64,000 nt of DNA. It comes from an uncultured Lachnospiraceae bacterium. Its GTDB lineage: Bacteria; Bacillota; Clostridia; Lachnospirales; Lachnospiraceae. The notes beneath the pieces are model-generated. The model was not told the origin of the DNA and ran no database searches. It saw nothing but the letters and a program-made list of their open reading frames with translations. Location: NCBI GenBank assembly GCA_947177445.1, contig CAMWUL010000004.1:16664-80663 (forward strand), read 5' to 3'. The translations under genes were made by a program, and so were the position numbers. Positions 10,101-20,098 of this stretch are shown here, in pieces. Within the stretch, counting starts at the first letter, position 1. Each line of letters begins with the position of its first letter.

Positions 10101-11453
10101 TCAGCCGGCCAAGATATTTTTTGCCTCCTCCAGCAGGCGTTCTCTGGTATTGCAGTCCGGATCCTCCAGCACCAGCTCCAGAAGCTGCTGCAGAACCCTG
10201 CCCACTTCCTTTCCCGGCTTCATCCCCCCGGCAATCAGATCTCTGCCGGACACAGCCAGCTCCTTGAGAGATATACAATGCCCCTCATCCATTACCCTGC
10301 GGTACAGCTCCTGCCAGCGCTCCAGCCTTTCCAGCTTTTCCTCCCTGCAATAATCGCTCTGGGCCAGGATATCCGCCCGCTTTACCTCAAAAAGTGCGGG
10401 GAACGCATCCGTTCCGATTTTGTTCACAGCCCGGCGCACAGCCCGCATATCCGGCTGCTGATCATTTCCGTAATCATGATAAAGCACCAGCTTATGCACC
10501 AGGGCACAGGTGTCATTGTCAAATTTCAGCCGTCCTAAAATCTTTTCCGCCAGGTCGGCGCTGACAGCGGCGTGGCCATGAAAATGTGTAATTCCCTTCT
10601 CGTCCCGTTCCAGGGTACCGGGCTTGCCCAGATCGTGGAACAGCATTGCCAGACGCAGGATCCTGTCCGCCCTGACGGCCTTCATGGAATGCAGAATATG
10701 CTCTCCCACGCAGTAACAATGGTGGGGATGCTCCTGCTCCGTTTCCATAGCCCTGTCAAACTCCGGAAAAAACACCCTGGTCACTCCCAGCGCATATGCC
10801 TCCCGGAGAAAATCCGGATGCGGGGAGCATACCAGCTTCACCAGCTCCGCCTGGATCCGCTCCGCACTGATACAACGCAGATTCTCTGAAAGCCGGCGAA
10901 TCCCCTCTCTGGTGCCCTCTTCGATCCGGTATCCCAGCTGGGCGGAAAAACGCACGGCCCGCAGGATCCGCAGGGCATCTTCGGAAAAGCGTGCCACAGG
11001 ATCTCCCACACAGCGAAGTATCCCCGCATCCATATCCTTCCGGCCCCCGAAAATATCCACCAGCCCCTGCCTGTGGTTGTAAGCCATGGCATTTATGGTA
11101 AAATCCCTGCGTTTCAGATCCTCCTCCAGGCTGGGTGTAAAGTGCACTTCTCTGGGATGGCGGCCATCCTCATATTTTCCGTCCACGCGATAGGTGGTGA
11201 CCTCAAATCCTTCCCGTCCCATCATCACCGTCACCGTCCCGTGCCGGATCCCGGTATCGATACAGCGGGGAAACAGCGACTTTACCTGCTCCGGCCTGGC
11301 AGATGTAGTGATGTCCCAATCCTGGGGCTCGCGCCCTAAAATGGAATCCCGCACACAGCCCCCCACCGCATACGCCTCAAAGCCGGCTCCTTCAATGGCA
11401 TCAATCACCTGCTCCGCTCTTTCCGGTATATTAATATGAACCTTTTCCTCCAC
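10101..11453 (-). CDS. cca: CCA tRNA nucleotidyltransferase with HD domain
   Basis: VGGCVRD...DWDITT, RRDFTINA, EDALRILRA and HD motif LFHD. Confidence 0.95.
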   Translation of the reverse strand: MEEKVHINIPERAEQVIDAIEGAGFEAYAVGGCVRDSILGREPQDWDITTSARPEQVKSLFPRCIDTGIRHGTVTVMMGREGFEVTTYRVDGKYEDGRHPREVHFTPSLEEDLKRRDFTINAMAYNHRQGLVDIFGGRKDMDAGILRCVGDPVARFSEDALRILRAVRFSAQLGYRIEEGTREGIRRLSENLRCISAERIQAELVKLVCSPHPDFLREAYALGVTRVFFPEFDRAMETEQEHPHHCYCVGEHILHSMKAVRADRILRLAMLFHDLGKPGTLERDEKGITHFHGHAAVSADLAEKILGRLKFDNDTCALVHKLVLYHDYGNDQQPDMRAVRRAVNKIGTDAFPALFEVKRADILAQSDYCREEKLERLERWQELYRRVMDEGHCISLKELAVSGRDLIAGGMKPGKEVGRVLQQLLELVLEDPDCNTRERLLEEAKNILAG

Positions 11454-11547
11454 GGCTTCCCCTTCCTTCCCCTTTTAATGCGAAACAGACATTTGGCGGA
11501 TATCGCAAAGGCGGTGAGAATATCCCACCGCCCTGTGTCCATAATCA

Positions 11548-13167
11548 TTATTGGGCTCCGCCCTCATTTGATCCATCTGTATTTCCTTCGGTTCCCTCCT
11601 GGGAATCCTGCTGCTCCTGGTCGGATTCCTCCTGATCGGATCCCTCCTGTGAGGATTCCTCTTCCTCCGGCCTGTAGGGCTTTGTCACCTCATCCATATA
11701 CTCTGTCATGCTCTGACTCAGAAGCGTCTGCTCAATCTCCAGACTCCATCTGGGATCGTTGGGTCCCACATAATACAGCACATAATTCAGCTCCTCATTC
11801 TCCGGAGAAATCACAGCTGTATCACCTGCCGCACGGGCGCTGTCAAAGATCCAGTCGGACACCTCTGTGGCCAGCGCATTGGGAAGTACTCCCTCGGACA
11901 GGCCTCCCTCCGACGCAAAAATCTGTGAATCGTTGTACTTGTCGGCAACCTCGCCGAAGCTTTCCGCCGTAGCGGCGCCGCCCTTCCACTCGTCCAGAAT
12001 CGCCTGCGCGTTATCCTCGCTGGTAACGATCAACCGTACATCCGCAGAAGGCTCCTGATCCAGATATCTTCTATCAAAGGCCACCACATAATACAGGTTG
12101 CTGGCGGTGTTTTCAATAACCGTGGTATCCCCTTCCTTTCTGGCAGGATCGAACAGCCAGTCCCGAAGAGCCGAAACCACGGCGGACTTGCGCTGATTTT
12201 CCCTCAGATCGCCTTTCACGGCCACGGTCTTTTGCTGATCCTCAGCCTCCTTTTTTGCCTCTTCCATGGCAAACGCCACCTCGGCCTCGGAAGGTGTGTA
12301 TGCTGTCTCCTCACCGCCGTCCTGGGAATCCGAATCCTCCGACTCCTCCACAGGATCCGCCAGATCCGTGGGCTCTGTGGGAAGCTCCGCGTTTACGGTA
12401 ATCAAATGATAATCCACGGAATCATAATCATCCGCATGCTCTTCATAATAGGCCTGAATGTCTTCCTCTGAAGGCTTCCTTTGCTCTGATATGGATTCGT
12501 AGAAGGCGTTGACCAGCATAGCCTCTTCCACATAACCCTTCAGCCGGGACATGGTGGCGTAAGGGCCGAACAGCTGCTGCACGTAAGACTTCAGGCTTGT
12601 CCCCTCCTGGGCGGCGGCATCCTTCAATTCCTCTTCGTACTTTGCATAGTCCTCAGCCGCATCATAGGTAAAGCCCGCCTTTTCGGCTTCCTTCCTCAGC
12701 GCCTTGTTCTGCAGAATTCTCTCCGCAGCCGTCTCCTCAAAATACTCCTGCCAGGTCTGGGTATCGGAATAGGACAGATTTGACAGATCTCCCGTCAGAT
12801 CCAGCCCGAACATGCTCATATAGGCGCCGTACTGGGCAATATAAGCATTTTTTACCATATTATAGTTATAATCAAATTCCACCTGGGAGACCTTCTCTCC
12901 CGCCACGGTCATACGGGTGCCGTGGACGGTGAGGAAGCTGCGGACAGGAAAGGATATGACTACGCAGGCCAATGCCGCCACGATCAGAATCCCCAGAATC
13001 GTACTGATCCTTTTCTCCCTGGCCTCTCTCTCCTTTTCCTCCCGGCGCTTCTGCATCTTCCGGTCATACCGGGTCTGGATTTTTTCCGGCTCCCGGTCCT
13101 TCCCTTTCTTTTGTTCTGTATCTTTTATCTCTTTATCCTGATCAGACATCAAAATGCTCCTTCCCAT
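11548..13167 (-). CDS. Membrane-anchored PrsA/SurA-like foldase (degenerate parvulin)
   Basis: Single N-terminal TM helix, SurA_N-like region, parvulin-like ESFGEVADKY...GG and WIFD..R..GDT.VI; acidic repetitive tail. Confidence 0.7.
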   Translation of the reverse strand: MGRSILMSDQDKEIKDTEQKKGKDREPEKIQTRYDRKMQKRREEKEREAREKRISTILGILIVAALACVVISFPVRSFLTVHGTRMTVAGEKVSQVEFDYNYNMVKNAYIAQYGAYMSMFGLDLTGDLSNLSYSDTQTWQEYFEETAAERILQNKALRKEAEKAGFTYDAAEDYAKYEEELKDAAAQEGTSLKSYVQQLFGPYATMSRLKGYVEEAMLVNAFYESISEQRKPSEEDIQAYYEEHADDYDSVDYHLITVNAELPTEPTDLADPVEESEDSDSQDGGEETAYTPSEAEVAFAMEEAKKEAEDQQKTVAVKGDLRENQRKSAVVSALRDWLFDPARKEGDTTVIENTASNLYYVVAFDRRYLDQEPSADVRLIVTSEDNAQAILDEWKGGAATAESFGEVADKYNDSQIFASEGGLSEGVLPNALATEVSDWIFDSARAAGDTAVISPENEELNYVLYYVGPNDPRWSLEIEQTLLSQSMTEYMDEVTKPYRPEEEESSQEGSDQEESDQEQQDSQEGTEGNTDGSNEGGAQ

Positions 13168-13277
13168 TTGATTTGCCCCCGAAGGCTTAAGCCTTCTGAA
13201 AGCCCTTTGATGCTGCGGCTGTACGGTTTATTGAAAGCCACTTTGTCATTCTACTTTATTTTATGGAAAAAGGGAAG

Positions 13278-14951
13278 CTATTTCACATATTTTTCAAGTT
13301 TTTCCACAATATTTTTGAGACATCCCTCCTCAAAGGGACTTCTCAGGCCCACTTCCTTTATCATATTGGTAAAGAAATCGCTGGCCGACAGTCTGCAGAG
13401 CTTCAGATAGCTCTCCCAGGCGCCGTCAAAATCAGCGTCCATCATCACCTTATACTGCAGGGCGCAGGTCTGAGCCAGGCAGTAATCAATATAGTAGAGC
13501 GGGTAATTGTAAATATGAAGCTGCTTCTGCCAGAAGCCTCCCTGTCCGAAAAAGCGGTTGCCGCCATAATCCAGATGGGGTTTATACTCCTTCTCCAGGC
13601 TGCTCCAGGCCGCCTTTCTCTGGGCGGGAGTCATATCCGGATTCTCATATACAATATGCTGGAATTCATCCACCATACAGCCATAGGGAATAAAGGCCGC
13701 CGAATCCTCCAGATGCATATCGATATAATCCTGCGCCCGGTCCCCAAAGAACATGGACATCCACCTTTCCGTGAAAAATTCCATGGACATGGAGTGGATC
13801 TCCGCCGTTTCCATGGTGATATCCGCGTGCTCCCGGATGGGATCCTGACCCGACAAATAGCCCTGGAAGGCATGGCCGCACTCATGGGTAATCACATCCA
13901 CATCGCCGCTGGTGCCGTTAAAGTTGGCGAAGATAAAAGGCGAATGATACACAGGCATGTACGTCATATAGCCTCCCGCTCTCTTTGTCTTGCGGCCCAG
14001 CACATCGAACAGCTGATTTTCCATCATAAAGTCAAAAAATTCCCCTGTCTCCGGCGACAGCTCCCTGTACATTTTCTGCCCTGCCGACATGATCTCATCA
14101 GGGCTTCCCGTGGGAGCGGGATTTCCCTCCTTAAAATACACGGACTCATCAATATATTCCAGCTTCTCCAGCTCCAGTCTCTTCCTTCTGCGGTCATGGA
14201 GCTTTTCGGCAAAGGGCACAAAGTATTCCTTCACCTGACGGCGGAAGGCCTCCACCTCCTTTTGCCCATAGCAGTTGCGGTTCATGCGATAATATCCCAG
14301 CTCCAGATAATTCTCATACCCCATCTCACGGGCCTGAGCTGTACGGTTTTTCACCAGACCGTCAAAAATCTCGTCCAGCTTTTCGGCATTTTCCTGAAAA
14401 AACGCCGTCTGGGCCTCCCAGGCCTCGGCGCGCACGCTCCGGTCCTGATGAACCAGATAGGGGCGCAGCAGGGAAAGATTCAGCTCCTTGCCGTCAAAGG
14501 GAATCTTCGCGCTGGCAATGAGCTTGTTGTACTCCAGCACCAGAGCGTTTTCCTCCTGCATCAGCGGAATCAGCTTTTCATCCATGGACTTCTGGGCGAT
14601 CTCCATGTTTTTAAAGGCCACCGGCCCGATCTTCTCCTCCAAATAAGCTCTGTAGGGTGAAGCATACAGCTTTTTCTGATAAGCCAGCACCAGATTGCTG
14701 TAGACAGGTCCCTTTTCATCATAGTATTCATGCTCTTTACTGTAAAATTCGTCGGAGGTATCCACGTCATAGCGGATATGAGCGATAGTCATCATGGTGC
14801 CCACTCTGTCGGTAAGCTCATAAAATTTTTCATGCACCGCAAACTGCTCCCTGCCGTCCGCCGCCCTGTCAAATTCCTCCATCAGGTCCTTCATCTGTGC
14901 CTCCACCTGATCAAAATCCACGCGCTGATACGGCATATCCTGAAATTTCAT
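13278..14951 (-). CDS. M3 family oligoendopeptidase
   Basis: THECGHAFQ, AEIHSMSMEF, HIYNYPLYYIDY; ATG at 14951. Confidence 0.93.
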   Translation of the reverse strand: MKFQDMPYQRVDFDQVEAQMKDLMEEFDRAADGREQFAVHEKFYELTDRVGTMMTIAHIRYDVDTSDEFYSKEHEYYDEKGPVYSNLVLAYQKKLYASPYRAYLEEKIGPVAFKNMEIAQKSMDEKLIPLMQEENALVLEYNKLIASAKIPFDGKELNLSLLRPYLVHQDRSVRAEAWEAQTAFFQENAEKLDEIFDGLVKNRTAQAREMGYENYLELGYYRMNRNCYGQKEVEAFRRQVKEYFVPFAEKLHDRRRKRLELEKLEYIDESVYFKEGNPAPTGSPDEIMSAGQKMYRELSPETGEFFDFMMENQLFDVLGRKTKRAGGYMTYMPVYHSPFIFANFNGTSGDVDVITHECGHAFQGYLSGQDPIREHADITMETAEIHSMSMEFFTERWMSMFFGDRAQDYIDMHLEDSAAFIPYGCMVDEFQHIVYENPDMTPAQRKAAWSSLEKEYKPHLDYGGNRFFGQGGFWQKQLHIYNYPLYYIDYCLAQTCALQYKVMMDADFDGAWESYLKLCRLSASDFFTNMIKEVGLRSPFEEGCLKNIVEKLEKYVK

Positions 14952-15142
14952 ATTTATATCCTCGCTTTCGAATAATTTTCTCAACTTATTTTACAGGATT
15001 TCTTTTATTCTGTAAATATATTTTAACAGTAACTTACCGATTACTCTGTTGGTATTTTTGGTTGTTTGGACTTGAAATTTACATCCTGTTGTGCTAAATT
15101 TTTACTATAAAATATCTTTCTTTAGCAGGAGGGAGTAAAAAA

Positions 15143-16255
15143 ATGTTTGATGCACTTAAGAAAACTTCAATCAAAAACTGCCTGATCATCGCCGTGATCT
15201 GTCTGCTGGGCGGCGGCGCACTGATAGGATGGCAGGCAAAGGGCGCGTTTTACGCGGTAACCGGCTACAAGGCCTTTGAGTCCCTGTCGCCGGAGCAGAT
15301 CAAGGGCCAGCTGGTGGAGGCCAACATCACGGAAAACTTCGGCTATTATTTGGAGGAATACGAACAGGATAAAAATACCGGCCGTACCACCACAAAGTTT
15401 CTTTATTACATAATCTGGACCGGCGATGAAAACGCCACAGATTACCGCTACATGACCATCAAGGTTCCCGTAAGCTACCGCAGCAGAATGAACGATATGG
15501 CCGAAGCCTATCAAAACGGCACTGCTGTGGCTCCCATCACTTTTTATGGTGAAATCAAAAAACTGGACGATGAAGAATACGATTATTTTGAGAGGACTCT
15601 CACCGGTTTGGGATGGACCCAGCAGGAAATCGCGGACGGAACGCTTCCTTATTATATTAACGTCTTTGCCAGCAAGGCCAGCATGGACGGAATCGCCATC
15701 GTGCTTACCCTTGTGGGCGCCGCACTGGTCGTCTTCGGTCTGGTAAGAGGCATTAAGGCTTTCACCGGCGGATATCTGAAAAAGCTGAAAGATGATATTG
15801 CCTCTGCGGGCTGCACGGAAGCCTCTGCCGAATCCGATTACAATTCCGCTGCTTCCTACACCAAGAAGGGCGATTTAAGAGTAGGCAGACTGTTCACCTA
15901 CCATGTTGTAGGACCTTGTCCCAGAGCCATTGTCAACAGCAAAATCCTGTGGGCTTATCAGAACACCGTAACCCACCGCACCAACGGCGTCAAGACGGGA
16001 ACCACCTACAACGTCATGGTATATGTGGACGGACAGAAAAATGCGGTTACATTGGACGTTCCCAATGAAACCACCGCTCAGGATATTCTTCAGCGCTATA
16101 TGACCACGCTTCCCTGGGTCGTGGTAGGCTACACTGACGATTTAAAGAGAATGTTCAATAAGGATCGCGCCGCCTTCCTGAACCTTCGTTACAACACCGT
16201 GGAACATGTTGCCGTAGATCCCGGAATGGAGGGCTATTCCAACTCTCCTCAATAA
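15143..16255 (+). CDS. Two-TM membrane protein of unknown function (DUF6709-like)
   Basis: Strong RBS AGGAGG, two hydrophobic segments, and a C-terminal 'W.Y....THRTNG' domain. Confidence 0.6.
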   Translation: MFDALKKTSIKNCLIIAVICLLGGGALIGWQAKGAFYAVTGYKAFESLSPEQIKGQLVEANITENFGYYLEEYEQDKNTGRTTTKFLYYIIWTGDENATDYRYMTIKVPVSYRSRMNDMAEAYQNGTAVAPITFYGEIKKLDDEEYDYFERTLTGLGWTQQEIADGTLPYYINVFASKASMDGIAIVLTLVGAALVVFGLVRGIKAFTGGYLKKLKDDIASAGCTEASAESDYNSAASYTKKGDLRVGRLFTYHVVGPCPRAIVNSKILWAYQNTVTHRTNGVKTGTTYNVMVYVDGQKNAVTLDVPNETTAQDILQRYMTTLPWVVVGYTDDLKRMFNKDRAAFLNLRYNTVEHVAVDPGMEGYSNSPQ

Positions 16256-16266
16256 ACAGAGTGCTC

Positions 16267-16294
16267 AAAGCCAGGTGATTTCTCACCTGGCTTT
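16267..16294. terminator. Bidirectional intrinsic terminator
   Basis: AAAGCCAGGTGA-N4-TCACCTGGCTTT between convergent genes. Confidence 0.85.
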
Positions 16295-16331
16295 TCTTGT
16301 TTTTCCCACTCATTTCTATTTCCAGAGCACC

Positions 16332-18332
16332 CTACGTCTGTTTCCGGTACTGAACCGGTGTCATTCCGTAATCCTTTTTAAACAGCCGGTTGAAATGTTC
16401 CACGTTCTCATAGCCCACCTCTGCGGCTACGGTCTCCACCGTGTGATCGGTTTCCCGAAGCAGGGCCCGGGCTTTCTTCATGCGCTCCTCCTTTACCACC
16501 TCCTGAAAGGTCATTCCCGCCTTTTCCCGAATATATTTGGAAAGATACGGCCTGGAAAGATGAAAGCTGTCTGACAGAGACTCCAGCGTCACATTGCGGT
16601 AGTGATCCTGGATAAAGCTGATGATTTCCACGATCCGCTCCTCTCTTCCCGAGGTGATATGCTGCTGCGCCGTCAGCTTATTTACGGCGGCGGCCAGCGC
16701 CGCGATGGATGCCTTGATAATATCCTCGTCCACTCCCACTCCCCAGTACATGCTGCCGTCATGCATAATTCCCACATAAGCAGCCGCCCGGGAGCTGGAG
16801 CCCTTGGACACGGCGTGTTCTTCATACACCGCCAGCTCGTAGCTGATCCCGAAAAAGGTCTTCAGGCAGTTGCTCACTGCGTCCAGACGTCCGTTGCCGG
16901 AGCTTTTGATTACCCGCAGGGATCCCTTCTGCTCAACGGTTACCTCCGCCTGAATCCCCTTACCCTGCTTAAAATGGCACTCGGGAATCCGGAAAATATG
17001 GTGGGGTGTAATATAATTTTCTTCAAATATGGCGTATATCTCCGCGGGAAGCAGCTCCTGGTGGCGTCTGTCGGAAACACCCTTGACCAGGTATCCCACC
17101 TCCTCCCGCATGGCCGCGGGCAGGGAGAATCCAAACTGCTGCTTCAGCACAAAGGCCACTCCGCCCTTGCCGGACACACTGTTGATCCGGATCACATCCG
17201 ACTCATACTCCCTTCCCACATCTCCGGGATCGATGGGAAGGTAAGGTATATCCCACCTGCTTCCGCTCTTTCCCTCCTTCATCCAGGACATGCCCTTGCT
17301 GATGGCGTCCTGATGAGAGCCGGAGAAGGCGGTAAAAACAAGATCTCCCGCATAGGGTGTCCTCTCATGAACCTTCATTCCCGTAAACCGCTCATAGGCC
17401 TCCCGCACCTGCATGATATGGGTAAAGTCAAGACCGCTGTCCACGCCGTGGCACATCATATTCAACGCTACCGTCACCAGATCCACGTTGCCTGTGCGCT
17501 CACCGTTGCCGAACAGCGTCCCTTCCACCCGGTCCGCACCTGCCAGTATGCCGAATTCCGCATCGCTGACACCGCATCCCCTGTCGTTGTGGGGATGAAC
17601 GCTGAGTACCACGTTATCACGATATTTCAAATGCTTATGCATGTATTCCACCTGACTGGCAAATACGTGGGGCATAGCCACCTGAACGGTGGTGGGCAGG
17701 TTAATAATGGCCTTTTTCCCGCCCTCCGGCTTCCATACGTCCAGCACCGCATTGCACACCTCCAGTGCATAATCCACCTCTGTCTGGGAAAAGCTCTCCG
17801 GGCTGTACTCAAAGGTAAAATTGCCTTCCGTCTCCCGGGACATCTCCAAAAGCAGTCCGGCGCCGTCCACCGCCAGCTTTTTAATGGCCTCCTTGTCCTT
17901 TTGGAATACCTGCTCCCGCTGCTCCACGGAGGTGGAATTATACAGATGCACCACCGCATGGGGCGCGCCCTTCACCGCCTCAAAGGTCTTGCGGATAATA
18001 TGCTCTCTGGCCTGGGTCAGCACCTGGATGGTCACATCCTCCGGAATCATATTCCTTTCGATCAGCGCGCGGATAAACTGGTACTCCGTATCCGAGGAAG
18101 CGGGAAAGCCCACCTCGATCTCCTTAAAGCCGATATCCACCAAAAGCTTAAAAAATTCCAGCTTTTCCTCCAGACTCATAGGATGAACCAGCGCCTGGTT
18201 TCCGTCCCGCAGATCCACACTGCACCAGATCGGCGGCTTTTCTATGGCGTCCTTCTTCACCCAGTCCCAGGTCACCTCCGGCGGCATATGGTATGATTTT
18301 TTGTATTTTTCGCTTACACTGATTTTTTTCAT
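16332..18332 (-). CDS. leuA: 2-isopropylmalate synthase fused to a C-terminal AraC-type HTH domain
   Basis: DLRDGNQ, HPHNDRG, GNGERTGN, the regulatory domain GNGRLDA...YEEHA, then IISFIQDHY...LESLSDSFHLSRPYLSK...VGYENVEHFNRLFKKDYGMTP..YRK in one frame. Confidence 0.92.
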   Translation of the reverse strand: MKKISVSEKYKKSYHMPPEVTWDWVKKDAIEKPPIWCSVDLRDGNQALVHPMSLEEKLEFFKLLVDIGFKEIEVGFPASSDTEYQFIRALIERNMIPEDVTIQVLTQAREHIIRKTFEAVKGAPHAVVHLYNSTSVEQREQVFQKDKEAIKKLAVDGAGLLLEMSRETEGNFTFEYSPESFSQTEVDYALEVCNAVLDVWKPEGGKKAIINLPTTVQVAMPHVFASQVEYMHKHLKYRDNVVLSVHPHNDRGCGVSDAEFGILAGADRVEGTLFGNGERTGNVDLVTVALNMMCHGVDSGLDFTHIMQVREAYERFTGMKVHERTPYAGDLVFTAFSGSHQDAISKGMSWMKEGKSGSRWDIPYLPIDPGDVGREYESDVIRINSVSGKGGVAFVLKQQFGFSLPAAMREEVGYLVKGVSDRRHQELLPAEIYAIFEENYITPHHIFRIPECHFKQGKGIQAEVTVEQKGSLRVIKSSGNGRLDAVSNCLKTFFGISYELAVYEEHAVSKGSSSRAAAYVGIMHDGSMYWGVGVDEDIIKASIAALAAAVNKLTAQQHITSGREERIVEIISFIQDHYRNVTLESLSDSFHLSRPYLSKYIREKAGMTFQEVVKEERMKKARALLRETDHTVETVAAEVGYENVEHFNRLFKKDYGMTPVQYRKQT

Positions 18333-18696
18333 AATAATCCTCTCTTCTGCACCATATTGCAGCAAAAATTTTGACCTGCTTATCTTAGCACAAATTTTCT
18401 CTTATCTCAAGTATAAATTTTAATTTAGCGATTGATTTATTTTACACTTATATTTTTGCAAATTATTTGACAACAATGATATTAACAGTATTTTGAGATT
18501 TATTAAAATTGTTTTTTCTTTTTATTCATTATTGTTTCATTTTAATGTTCTCTCTCCCTAAAACCTGCGGGACCAAAACTCTGATAAACCATGGCGAAAG
18601 GCTCTTGAAAAATCGTATATTTAGGAGTAAAATAAGCATGGTTTTCAGTTGCTTTTTGGCTTCTGCATTAAATACGAAAGGGAAACAGGAAAAAAT

Positions 18697-19995
18697 ATGA
18701 AAAACTGTCAAAACAAATGGGTGCGTGCCGCCATTCCGGCTCTGCTCCTCCACTTCAGTATCGGAACCGTGTACTGCTGGTCCATGTTCAGCCAGGAAAT
18801 TGCTAAACACATCGGATTTTCCAAAGGCGCCACCGAATGGGCCTTCAGCTTTGCCATCTTCTTCCTTGGCATGTCCGCCGCTTTTTTGGGCAATGTGGTG
18901 GAAAAGGATATCCACAAGTCCTCACTGATCGCCGCCATCACCTTTGCTCTGGGCATGGCAGGAACCGGCTTCTTTATTTATTACGGAGGCCTTCATAAGG
19001 AAAGCCTTGTATCTCTGATTGGTATCTATGTGTGTTATGGCTTTATTATGGGCGTCGGTCTGGGCACCGGCTATCTCTCACCGGTAAAGACGCTTATGCT
19101 CTGGTTTAAGGACAAGAAGGGACTTGCCACCGGTCTGGCCGTGGCGGGCTTCGGCGGAGCGAAAGCCATTGCCAGCCCTATTATGCAGCTTTTGATGGAT
19201 AAGCTGGGAGACAGCGGTATTTACAAAATGTTCTTTATTCTGGCCGCCGTATATTTTGTAATGATGTTTGTTGGCCACCTGCTTCTGGCAAAGCCCGCAG
19301 ACTGGCATGAGCCTCAGTCAAAGGAAAAGAGCCAGGGCATCATGGCCACTCTGAAGATGCGCCCTCTCTCCAACTACATAGGCATCTGGCTGATGTTCTA
19401 TATCAATATCACCTGTGGACTGGCTTTGATTTCTCAAGAGAAAATGATCGTAAAGTGCATCGGTCTGGCGGGAATTGCAGGCATTATTTCCACCATTTCC
19501 GCTATCTTTAACGCCGGCGGCAGGCTGGGCTTTTCCGCCTGGGCAGATCATCTGAAGGATCGGAATACCATTTACAAGCTGATCTTTATCCTTTCCATCG
19601 CCTTTACCGGCCTTGTGATCCTCACCAGCGGAATACAGAAGGGAGAAGGAAATATTTTCCTGATCATTCTGGTGCTTGCCCTGATCTTTATGGTTAACGC
19701 CGGATACGGCGGAGGATTTTCCAATGTGCCTACCCTGCTTTCCGACCATTACGGCATGGGCAGCATCAGCGCCATTCACGGAATTACCCTTTCCGCCTGG
19801 GCCTTCGCAGGACTGACGGGCAATCAGATCGCAACCCTGATCGTGAATAACACCGGCTCGTTTTTCACAGATTCTCACGGAAACGAGATTAATCCTATCG
19901 GTTACCAGAACGTATTGTATTTTACCATCGTACTGTATATAATTGCTCTGCTTATCAGCCTGTTCCTGGTAAAGCCCTTCAAGAAGCAGTCCTGA
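18697..19995 (+). CDS. OFA (oxalate/formate antiporter-like) MFS transporter
   Basis: GTVYCWSMF, GLGTGYLSPVKTL..WF.DKKGLATGLA..GFG; about 12 TM segments. Confidence 0.88.
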   Translation: MKNCQNKWVRAAIPALLLHFSIGTVYCWSMFSQEIAKHIGFSKGATEWAFSFAIFFLGMSAAFLGNVVEKDIHKSSLIAAITFALGMAGTGFFIYYGGLHKESLVSLIGIYVCYGFIMGVGLGTGYLSPVKTLMLWFKDKKGLATGLAVAGFGGAKAIASPIMQLLMDKLGDSGIYKMFFILAAVYFVMMFVGHLLLAKPADWHEPQSKEKSQGIMATLKMRPLSNYIGIWLMFYINITCGLALISQEKMIVKCIGLAGIAGIISTISAIFNAGGRLGFSAWADHLKDRNTIYKLIFILSIAFTGLVILTSGIQKGEGNIFLIILVLALIFMVNAGYGGGFSNVPTLLSDHYGMGSISAIHGITLSAWAFAGLTGNQIATLIVNNTGSFFTDSHGNEINPIGYQNVLYFTIVLYIIALLISLFLVKPFKKQS

Positions 19996-20023
19996 TGCTG
20001 TAAAAACAGAATGCTGAAAAAAT

Positions 20024-20070
20024 GGACTGTGAGAAATGGAATGAATATAATTCCTTTTCTCACAGTCCTT
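20024..20070. terminator. Hairpin terminator between convergent genes
   Basis: GGACTGTGAGAAA...TTTCTCACAGTCC inverted repeat. Confidence 0.75.
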
Positions 20071-20098
20071 GTTTTAAGTCCACAAAATATAATGCAAA

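Noticed and set aside
11590-11670. 15-nt degenerate repeats in the prsA-like 3' end
   Set aside because: Ordinary low-complexity acidic tail (EESDQ-like); no sign of phase variation.
16602-18296. Long + strand ORF (564 aa) and similar ones at 48-770, 7227-8348, 13263-14660, 20917-22386, 34894-36111, 38607-39821 and 56070-57056
   Set aside because: They lie antisense to well-supported genes, lack RBS and motifs, and are the expected shadow ORFs from codon bias.
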